A stretch of 64,000 nucleotides of DNA, from NCBI GenBank assembly GCA_951406725.2, contig OX597817.1:33852001-33916000 (forward strand). Reading direction: 5' to 3'. Position 1 is the first letter of the stretch; every line of letters begins with the position of its first letter. The notes under the pieces were generated by a model that was not told where the DNA came from, ran no database searches, and was given only the letters and a program-made list of their open reading frames with translations. Source of the stretch: Octopus vulgaris (taxonomy: Eukaryota). Below are positions 46,901 through 58,900 of the stretch, one piece after another. Both the position numbers and the translations under genes were made by a program.

Positions 46901-49888
46901 GTGTTTGTCCCCCTAGCATTGCTTGACAACCGATGCTGGTGTGTTTACGTCCCCGTTACTTAGCAGTTCGGCAAAAGAGACCGATAGAATAAGTACTGGG
47001 CTTACAAAGAATAAGTGCTCCAGCATGGCCGCAGTCAAATGACTGAAACAAGTAAAAGAGTATATATGAACAGAAAAAAAATGTATCAATATCTCACTTT
47101 TGCATTAGAGCCAGGTTTAAACTGATGAATAATCACATGTTGGTCTGGATTTTTAGCAATCATCTGTTTGGTTTCTTCAACAACCTGGAAATAGAATATA
47201 ACCAACCTAAATAAAGATAAGAGTTAAACTGCTGCAACTTTATGAACGTTTTGTTATAATTTCTTTTATACACAACTATCTATACTCTTAAGAGGCTTTT
47301 TTTTTTATTTTGTAGTATTATGTGTATATACTAATATCAGTGGACCTTGACTTATCTAATTTTTGCCAGCATGGGAAGCTTATATAACACAATGATTGTG
47401 TGTGTATACACACACATCTATATATATAAAACTGTAGTTGTGTGAGTGTCTGTCCCCTTCGATTTAGATTCCTAACTACTCCCACATTTTGCGGTGCAGT
47501 TTAACCAAATTCGGGTATCTTATAGTCGTGATTCATATCGAGCCTGTCTGGGTATTAGCGCGCATCTACAATGAGTCTACAATTTTAAAAATAATTTAAC
47601 ATCATTTTTTATTCCATTTTAATGCATATTTTTTCGTGTGTCGATGGCGGCGGAGTTGGCGTCCATGGTCACACCTGCATCTGTGTTGCTTCTCCCCTTT
47701 CTTCCCTCCCTCGTGAAGCTGTGGGGAAGGGTGTGTAAGGAAATCAACGTCGTAAAGCGTTGTCAAGGAGACCAGCGTTCTTTTAGAACAACAACTTCAT
47801 GGCTTGAAGACACCAAAACAGAAATGGCTAAGAAAGCCCAAATTGGCATCTATAAGGGAAGTAACTCTCTAAAAATGCTTATATAGTTATTTCCCTTACA
47901 AACCCGAGCAACGCCAGGCGATACTGCTAGTACATATTAAATTCAAATTACGATGAATGTAAACATACAAACGAAGTTTGCTTTAGAAGCGTAGAGATGT
48001 CTTAGAAAGTTAAAGAAGTGATTTTAAATTCTCAAACACAGGATAATGCTAATAATATAGCCCCAACAAGATAAGTTACCCCTATTTTGCAGAAAAAAGT
48101 GTTGGTGGCTGGCTATGAGTCTCGAACTCACACCTCGTGATTACGTGTCACAGTGCTCTGAACCATTAAGCTAAACCACTCACACCACAAATTCTTCCGC
48201 AAATTTAAGATATATAGAAATCTCGCCTTATGAGACGCTATCATACGTTAAATTCAAATTACGATGAACGCAAACATACAAACGAAGTTTATATATTTAC
48301 TAGCAGTATCGCCCGGCGTTGCTCGGGTTTGTAAGGGAAATAACTATATAAGCATTTTTAGAGATGTAAAGTATAATAGCCATCTCAATATGGCTAACCA
48401 CAAAGTGGGGTTGTTACTGTAGCTTTTTACGTTGTGAGATTTATGCATTAAAATGGAATAAAAATTGATGGTAAATTCTTTTTAAAATCGTAGACTCATT
48501 GTAGACGCGCGGTAATACCCAGAAGGGCTCGATATGAATCACGACTATAAGATACCCGGTTTTGGTTAAACTGCACCGCAAAATGTGGGAGTAGTTAGGA
48601 ATCTAAATCGTAGGAGACAGACACACAACTTTTATATATAAAGATATATATATGAGTAAATGTAATGGCAAGCAGGTTAGGCAAGTTGATTTACACAAAA
48701 TATTAAATACATTTAATAGAAAAAAATGTACACGTGTACGGGTATAAAACAGTCTCACTTACAGAATACAAATGATATCAGGAGTTAAATGGGTGGAGTT
48801 TTATGAGCACAACAGCAGTTTCTGGAAACATTATTGTACTGAGTCCTCAGACTCATAGGGCCAATAACCCAGTGTACAAATGACCAATAACCATAATGTA
48901 CAAGTGACCAATAACCACGGTGTACAAGTGACTGAGGCCACTACATTCCCCCTCAATGGAATGCCAGTCCATCACAGGGTTACTTGCTTATAGCAGAATG
49001 GACTGAAACAATGAGAAATGAAGCGCTTTGCTCAAGAACCACCTGATCCAGGAATCAAAATCAAGACCTTGCAATGGTGAATGCAACACTCTAACCATTA
49101 AGCCTCATGCTTTCATGTAAGTACTGTAAAGGAACTGGTTGGAACAGGTTGTGTTTTTACACTGTTTGGGTGCAACACAATTTCCTTTCTTTTGTTTCCA
49201 GAAACTACCAGTCAGGAACAAGAACGCAACCGTAAAAATATATGACTCTTTATTTTCTTATTTACAAAAGAAGGCACATTGGTACACTGGTATCCACTTG
49301 GTTCGATATAGCAAGGCTGAATTTTAACACTTGTAAGATAAACCTCACAACAAATTCAGCAACAACAGAGCAGGTCAAATCCCAAAACGTCTGGGACAGG
49401 AGAATAGGCTAATCACACATTTAACACGTCCTCTCTCTTCAATAGCCGTGTCTCAAGTCAACGACACTAACAAGGAACGCGATAGAATTTTCTTCCCCAG
49501 TCTCTAGCGCATGTGCATCAGGGAACTTCCTTAGACCTTTCCAGAAGGTTCCAGCCCCGCACACGCACACTGAAGAATGACGTCCCACACAGGCACACTG
49601 GAAAATGACGTCACTACAGTACAATACCATCAGAGAATACCATTTGTGATACACTAGCATCTTATAAACTCTATCCATTTAACTCCTGATATCATTTATA
49701 GTCTGTAAATGAGACTATTTTATATCCATACACGTACATTTTATTCTATTAAATGTATTTAATATTCTGTGTAAATCAACTTGCCTAATTTGCTTGTCAT
49801 TACACTTACTCATCTATCCACTCAAGTTCATATCTCTTGAGCACTTCGAAACGTATTCTATATAGAGAACACCTGTCTCTTACCTATA

Positions 49889-49923
<35 letters not shown>

Positions 49924-52900
49924 GGAGTATGTAGTCGTGTTACTTACTGTATATTGTTTATTCATTTTTTTGTACTTTTTGTGATCTAGTTATATGTTTT
50001 ATAATATATTTTTTCTATATGATATGGTTTATGTCTATCATTGTTTGAACTACATAATAATGGTTTTTCTCTAATTTATATATATATATATATTTAATAA
50101 AACATACTATTTCATGCCTTTGCCATGTTTTGCAAAATTCAGTCAGAGATAATGATTTCTTCAATCTTGCTAATATAAAGAAATGTTCATAAATTTAGGA
50201 GCAGACTCCAGAAAATTAAGAGTTACAGACAAGTTTTGTGCTTTGAATCAATCTATTTTAGTCTCTCTGAAGCTAGAATTAATTAACCTTTTCAAAGATT
50301 GATTAGCTTTGGTCTGTCACACAAAACTTTTTGTTTTAAAGTGTTTATATTTTAAAAAAATCTTCATTCAGTTCTAAACAACAAAATAATAATGAAAAAG
50401 TTGTTTTACTAAAATAATTTCAAACTCTTCAGTATTTTCAACATTAATTGCAATATATACACAGTGTACTTAGTAAAAAATATGGTCACAAAAGAGTTAA
50501 ACAGAAGTGATGTTCAAAATGATGGAAATAGAACGTGTTACCTCATTAAGAATGGCAGCTTTTCGGGCCTTATCTCGGTTGTCTAAAACTTTCTTGATCT
50601 CTTTTAGCTTAGAACGCAGCTGGTCTCGCATCCAGTGACTAATACCAGATTGAGTAATACTCTAGTAATAGATAAAGAGGGGAAACTGAAGAGAAAAGAA
50701 ACAATCCAACAAGAAAGTAGACAGGTGCAAATAATAAGGGATAATAGAAATGAGTATGAGAATGAAGAAAGTAAACTGTTTTGGTCAAAGGGAAAGGTGC
50801 AGGAGTGGCTGTGTGGTAAGTAGCTTGTTTACCAACCACATGGTTCCGGGTTCAGTGCCACTGCGTGGCACTTTCAGCAAGTGTCTTCTACAATAGCCTC
50901 GAGCCGACCAAAGCCTTGTGAGTGGATTTGGTAGATGGAAACTGAAAGAAGCCCGTCGTATGTGTGTGTGGGTTTGTTATTTCTTTATTGCCCACAAGGG
51001 GCTAAACACAGAGAGGACAAAAGACAGACAAAGGGATTAAGTCGATTACACCAACTCCAGTGCATAACTGGTACTTAATTTATCGACCCCGAAAGGATGA
51101 AAGGCAAAGTCAACCTCGGTGGAATTTGAACTCAGAACATAACGACAGACGAAATACTGCTAAGCATATCACACCAACATCGCTTGATGCTGGTATGTTT
51201 ACATCCCCATAACTTAGCGGTTGAGCAAAAGAGACTGACAGAATAAGTATGAGGCTTACAAAGAAAAAGTCTTGGGGTCACTTTGCTTGATTGAAAGCAG
51301 TGCTCTAGCATGGCCACTGTCAAATGACTGAAACAAGTAAAAGAATACTTCACTAAAAAAAATTATTTAGTTAATTCTATATAAGAAGAAAAGGTGCAGG
51401 AATTGTGTGGTTAAGAAGTTCACTTCCCAACTACAAGATTTCAAAACTAGTCCCACTGTATGGCACATTAGGAAAGTGTCTTCTATTAAATGAGGGTGAG
51501 CTGAAAAGTACATTGGCTGACTATGAAGGAGTGATGTCAGAGCTGTGAAATCTTGCATGCATTAATTTCAACTCTGCTAACTGCATTATTTCTTTACAGG
51601 TAAACTGACATCTGACTGTTCAAAGAAGTCTTCAAAAGTAACTATTAGCGACTTCACTTGAAAATGGGCAAAATTTGGTATTGTCATGTTTTCAAGCATC
51701 TGCAGAAAGGATATTCATGCTGACACTCATCTGCCATTATGTTCTGAGTTCAAATTCCACCGAGGTCGACTTTGCTTTTCATCCTTTCGGGGTCGATAAA
51801 TTAAGTACCAGTTATGGACTGGCGTTTATGTAATCGACTTAATCCCTTTGTCTGTCCTTGTTTGTCCCCTCTATGTTTAGCCCCTTGTGGTCAATAAAGA
51901 AATAACATTAAGGGATGATGCTCCAGCTATGTTAACAGTGCAAAAGTGTGCAGCTGAATTTAGGAAGAGAATGGAGAGTCTTGAAGATGACCCAAGGACT
52001 GGATGTCCTGCAATTGCCCCAGGCCAACCAATGCTTTGTGAATGAAATTGGTAGACACATACATTAACATACACATATACCCCACAACTCTTCCTACTTC
52101 TCTCTTAACCTGCAATGTCCCTCTCCCTACAGTTTCTCTGGAACCTCATTGCTCTCTTCTCTTTCTCTTCCTCCCTAATCTCTTGCCCATATTCACCCTT
52201 AAAACATAGGGCAGCACTGGATGCCCCCTGTTCAATCCACTCCATCAACCTTCTACTCTGTGTCTCTCTTTCCTGCTGAGCACCCTCCTTTCCTATCACT
52301 TCCATACTCCCCATCCCAACAGTATCTACTGTTACTCTCCCCACCACCAAAGCCCCAGAACAATAAATCTGTTCCTCAGCTAAAATCACCATCCGCTCTT
52401 TCATTGTAATGGCTCTTTAATCTTGCCTCACAAGTTCTAGTCCCATGAAAAAAACTCCCAATACACTTAGTAAAGTGGTTACTATTAAGAAGGGAGGCCA
52501 GTCATAGAAACCATGTAAAAACTGAGACAGAGGAGCAAAACGAGGTCATCTGACTCCTTGGATCCTGTCAAACCATCCGACCTATCCCTGCATGGAAGTT
52601 GGACAATGATAAAGATGATGACAATGTGCATGTATATGTGTGCAAATATTGACATTCCACAGTTGATGTGGATTGCCAAAATTGATAGAAAGGCAGACAA
52701 AATGCCTTCTGGCATTTAGTTATGTTCCTTTACATTCTGATTTCAAATCTCACCAAAGTCAGTTATAATTTTCTGTCTTCACTATTTTGTTATTTTACTT
52801 TTACTTTCGTTTTTTTTTTTTTTACTTGTTTCAGTCATTAGACTGCGGCCATGCTGGGGCATCACCTTGATAAAAAGTTGCCAGCAGATGGCTACAGAGA

Positions 52901-55900
52901 ATCAAACCCTGTACCTCTCAGGTACCAGCTGAGTGTTATGTACCATTAAGCTAAGCGACCCCTGACTTCTTTAACATTGAAAATGATGATAGTGATGGTA
53001 GTGGTTGTTATGATACCAATGTCAAAATTAATCACTTACTTCATCAACATGAATGATATCTTTAGACACATGTTTATCATTACAATCTGGACTGTTGACT
53101 TTGTTGAACAACTCTTCAACATCCTTCTCAAATACTGATGCGCGATGTATTGCCTGGTAAGAAATATTTAAAAAATTTTATAGATTAGCAAAGAATTGAA
53201 AACAAAAACAAAATTTTTTAATTTGATATTTCTAAATAACAAGCGTTTAGAGGAGGAATAAATGCATAATTTAGAAAAAGTTCCCTTCTACACAAGTCAT
53301 ATATGTGTATTAGAAGTAGAAGAGTGTAACAGAAATGAAATGCATGTGGTAAAGTCAATGGATCAACAGCATATGGAGAGGAATGTAGCTAGGTGGATGT
53401 GCAATATGAACTCAGGAAAAGTTCAGGGTTAAGAAAGCACATACTTGTAAAGTTTTGTTTGATATAACCAAGTTCTTTTAGTCCAATCAAACCACTGTGG
53501 TTTTGGCTATAGTGAAGAACTACAAATTCCAGTTGTCTTTTGCCACATTGTGTTTCTCAGTTTTTCTATTTTGGTTGAGGTTTTCGTCGGTATATAACTG
53601 TAGCTAATTATTTTATGTCATTACTATAACTGTGTTAATAATTCAATTGCTCATCAATCAAAAAATCAAATGGAAATTGTAGTTGTGATACCAGTGCCAG
53701 TGGCACGTAAAAAGCACTGTCCGAACATGGTTGTTGCCAGCGCCGCCTCGACTGGCTTCCATGCTGGTGGCATGTAAAAAGCACCAACCAATCGTGGCCG
53801 TTGCCAGCCTCGCCTGGCAAGTAAAAAGCACCCACTACACTCACGGAGTGGTTGGCGTTAGGAAGGGTATCCAGCTTTAGAAACACTGCCAGATCAAACT
53901 GGAGCCTGGTGCAGCCTCCTGGCTTCCCGGACCCTGGTCAAACCGTCCAATCCATGCTAGCATGGAAAACAGATGTTAAACGATGATGATTTAGTATGCC
54001 TGTGTATTGTTTATTTTAAGTTAACATGTCAGTGAACTGGAGAAGGTTGCTGTGTTCTGTAGCCCTTCTAAGACAACAAAGGAAACAGTCACACTAGCAC
54101 AGACACAATGAGGCAAAATGAATTCTAAGTAAAGAGCTCTGAAAAAGTAGTGAGAAGATAACAGAGAGGTAAGATAAAAGTTTTAGGATAATTAGAATAA
54201 CAGTAAACAGATATCACAGGATAGATGGATATCAGATTACTCTAAGAAAAATAAGAGTGATTGAAACAAAAAATATATATATATATAATCAAAATAAGCA
54301 ACAAGAATAACTTCGGTAATTTGGTACGATCATTTCATGCTACATCGTACCAAATTATCTAAGTTATTCTTGTTGCTTATTTTGATTATAACCACCCCAT
54401 GGATTTATATGGATAATACCATACAAAATTCTGGTGCATCTAACTTAAGTACCATATTCACTTGAATCTAAATTTTGCTGAACTTATATATATATATAGC
54501 CATCTGTGTATCTATTTAATGTATATACACTGTTGATAGGGCTAGTTGCTGCAATATTTGTCCTGAGATAACATGTCTTATAGCCATGCTGTATTAAAAA
54601 GCAATAAACATCAGAGAGAGAGAGAGATGAAAATTCATCCCAGCAGTGGCTAATGAGAACGTCAGATGCTTTTCAGCCTTTTTGGTCTTTTTCAATGACA
54701 CGTAATTGCAGGCAGTCACATACTCACATGAGAATTCATTGCTTCTGATACAGGAAAACATTTGAATAAAACATTTGAGATATTCTCAGAAATAGGATAC
54801 ATTACACATTAGACACAAGGAAAATCATGGAAAGGAGGAGAAAGAAAAGAAACTCACCTTTTCAGCTTCATTCCCAGTAACAGCAATGATTCGACGAATT
54901 CCTTTAGCAATTGCCTCTTCTGACACAATGACCATACTACCTATATGGTCAGAGCTTTTTAAATGACTGCAAAGATCAATAAAGGTTAATTAATAATAAA
55001 AAGCATCAATAAATGAAGAGAAAAAAAAACAAAAAAAGTTAATATTTCAAATCATAACTTTCTGATGGCAAAAGAGTCTGATAGCAAAAGAGTTGGTTAA
55101 TACTTACGTGCCACCACAGAATTCAACTGAATTGGTAGTACCACTAGATCCCAAAGGATCTTTGACAAGATCTTCAACCGGAACTCCAATTGCTACAATT
55201 CGTACAGGATCAGGGTATACCTGTAAACAAAATATGGAGAATGAAAGAAAAAAAAAGGTTGATTGACATACTTTTTTAAGGTTGAAAGAACCCAACACAG
55301 GCTCAAAAGGTCAGCATAATAAAATGCACCCAGTACACAGTGTAAGATGTCTTATATTAGGAAGAGCAGCCAACCAAGGAAACCACAGAGGCTATGCCAT
55401 AATTTAAATATAATGAGCAAAATGTGGAGCCTCAGCTCATCCAGGAAGATAGTAACTCTGAATAACAACTTGGACTGTAAGGGCCTGTTCAACTGCTTCC
55501 AGCATAGAAAGCAAACATAAAATGATGATGATTATGATGGTGACTTAGACAGAAGAAGAAGACGAAGTTTGCTATCCAAGAACAGGAAGTTCCTTTTGAG
55601 TGGCTTCTACACAGTTTCTGACTATTTAATTTCAGTCCAAAGCTATGATAGAAAACACTTGTCCAAAGTGTCAAACAGTGAGATTGAGCCTAAAACGATG
55701 TAGTTACAAAAAGGACTTATTAACTATATAATCATACTTCCACCATAACTTCCACATTATTAAAGACAATACATCTTATATTTCAAAGGAAATAACCCCT
55801 GCATCATTGAAACCATATCTAATAAAAATAAATGGGATCTAATTAAATATTCATCTCTTACAGAGGTACAAAGCCAAAAATGTTGATAGGGATGGAACAG

Positions 55901-58900
55901 CCAACTCTATTAGCATTCATTTTGGTACTTATTTTAATATTGCAAAATATTTTGTTTGGCCTTTGACTAATTCAAAGTCTTAGAGACACATCTAGTGTCT
56001 GTAAAAGAAGACCAAAAGAAAAAGACCAAACCTAGAAAAATATAGGTACTGGGAGCAATTTGTTGGACTAAATCCTTCAAGATTGTGCCCCAGCATGGCC
56101 ACAGTCCAATGACTGACACAAGCAAAATATAAACAAAATAAGATACAAAAATATTTATCCAAGAATGATTATTTGATCAAAGCTGGAATGTATGTGATCA
56201 TAAGTTTGCAGGATCAGAGCTGACCTGGGGTTAAACAACAACAATATGATGGAAGCATATCATTATGACAAACTATAAGCTATCCTATATTATTCCGAAC
56301 ACAGAAAATTATTCAAGTGCAAGTGACTGGGCTCATTATAGAAGCTGAATGTATGGGATTAATTCCTCTGAATTAATCATATGTGAAATAGAATTAAAAA
56401 TAATGAAGAATCATACTGATTAATTTTTGCTTACCTCATCAAACATGGCACGTAATCCTTTAATAGATTTAGCAACTGGAAGTGCTGCTTCTTTTGCATA
56501 AACTAATTGCTTTTCAGTAGCCAGCTTATTTACACATTCTTCTGTCTTCTTCACCTGTTCAACAGTCATAGCTCCCTAAAATCATAAAGAAACAGAAAAT
56601 CTGTAAGCATCACATCTTTCACCTTGTTTCGGGGAATCGATTAAGTAAGTATTTGTGCAGAAAGTTATTTAGCTGATATAATCTATACCAGGCTCGCACA
56701 ACTTAGAAAGCAGTGATGGCCATATTGTTTTTAGGATCAATGTTGCAGACCACACCAGAATAATGTAAATGAAAATTTTACATATTTTTTTGTTAATTAT
56801 GAATCCGAAATGTATTTTCATTTTTTAAATTTTAATTCAGCATTCATATATTAGATGAACTATCCTTTAGTTTTCTTTTAAATAAATATAATTCTCTCAT
56901 GAGTAAACACAAAAGACTCATTCAAATTACACAAAGCCTGGATAATGGAAATTGAAGATCATGAGCCAACAATTTCTAATTAAAAATATATAATAAAACT
57001 TTTGTATCTTGGGAGGGACATTATGCTAATAATAAACACATATACACACTGGTTCTCTTTCACTTCTTTATCTCTTTATTTGTCAATTGGTTAACCAATT
57101 GATAAATAAAGAGATAAAGAAGTGAAAAAGAACCAGTGTGTTAGTGTGAGAGTTTATTATTGACATAATGACCCTGAGATACAACAAAATATGTTTCAAC
57201 ACCTGAGTTCACATCAAGAGTTTTGCAAACAAAATGCAAAAACGAAATAGGAAAAATTTATATCAAATACACATGATTAATGTAATGGCTTTTTTGTTTA
57301 AAATATCAGTTTCTTTGAACTCAGCTTGAAAAGACAAAAAAAAAAAGAAGAGAAAAGAGAGGATTAACTAACCTTTGCAGTGAAATCAAAACGAAGACGA
57401 TCAGGAGCAACTAAAGAACCTTTCTGATCTGCTTCATTGAGAACTTGTCGTAGACCAAAATTTAACATGTGTGTTCCAGTATGATTCTTCATTATGGCTT
57501 CTCGACGAGACTGAATAATAGAGTAAAAAAGACAGTACAGGAATGGAATAAGGTTTAATATAGACAGATGCTTCAAATAAAAATTATCTATCAGCATATA
57601 CAGAAGCAACTGCTCTTATCATACTCCTCAGTTATTTGCTCAAGCTTAGTATGAATTCATTATCATCATCATCGTTTAACGTCTGTTTTCCATGCTAGAA
57701 TGGGTTGGACGGTACGACTGGGGTCTGGGAAGCCAGGAGGCTGTACCAGGCTCCAGTTTGATCTGGCAGTTTTTCTAAAGCTGGATGCCCTTCCTAACGC
57801 CAACCACTCCGTTAGTGTAGTGGGAGCCTGGCAACAGCCACGATCGGTTGGTGCTTTTTACGTGCCACCAGCATGGAAGCCCATCAAGGCAGCGCTGGCA
57901 TCGGCCACATTCGGATGGTGCTTTTTACGTGCCAATGGCACAGGTATCACAACTACAATTTCCATTTGATTTTTTGATGTTGATGTACGTGACTCGATAG
58001 GTCTCCTCAAGCACAGCGACATGAGAAAATTTAAAACCTGCTTTAAAAGCATTTCATTATCATATTTGACCTAGATATCATTCCCCCCACCCCCACAAAA
58101 AAACAAAACAAAACTAAATATCAAATTTCATAATGTAACATGAAGGAACACATGTAAGCAAGAAACTTGAAGTAGTAACAGAATAAATCACCAGCTTTAA
58201 ATGAGTAACTAAACTCTAAAATATATATGGAATTTTTTTACTTTTGGTTTGTATACCTAAATGTTCATAAAGAAACCATTTTAGGCAAGCTACTTTGGAC
58301 TGAACAGGCATGCACATTCAGAAATTTGAATATGTTCTTTATCATGAAACATTTGAAAAGTTAATGTAGATGAAGGTAAATAAAGTAATCCATTTTTGTC
58401 TAAAATATAATGCCTATAACATAGATTGAACTTATGGTCTTTGATACACCAGACATAACATCATCTGTTATTTCAAAATGCCATCACTCTGTGTATTTTG
58501 AGACATTTGCTTTAAAATACTAATTGAACAAACCTGGAAGATAGTCTGTGTCAAAATGTCTCCTACTTCCAGAACTCCTTCACTTACACCAACATGTAAC
58601 ACATAGCCACCATACACCTGAACATCTTTCACAAGAAATCCTTCTTCCTGAAAAAAAAAAAAAAAGCAATATTAATCCAATTAACACCCAAATTTTTAAA
58701 AATAAACAATTAATATAACAATGGCGCACATGCGTGTTACACATAAACATATATTACATACAACAAAACTTAAACCAGAACTGAAATCAATTTCATCATC
58801 ATCATCATTTAAAGTCTGTTTTCCATGCTAGCATGGGTTGGACGGTTTGACCGGGGTCTGGGAAGCCAGGAGGCTGCACCAGGCTCCAGTCTGATCTGGC

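Noticed and set aside
48802-48857. Minus-strand UAUGAGU CUGAGGA ... GAAA ... GCUCAUA hammerhead-like relic
   Set aside because: Stem I fits, but stem II does not close and no UH is in register; at most a dead relic.
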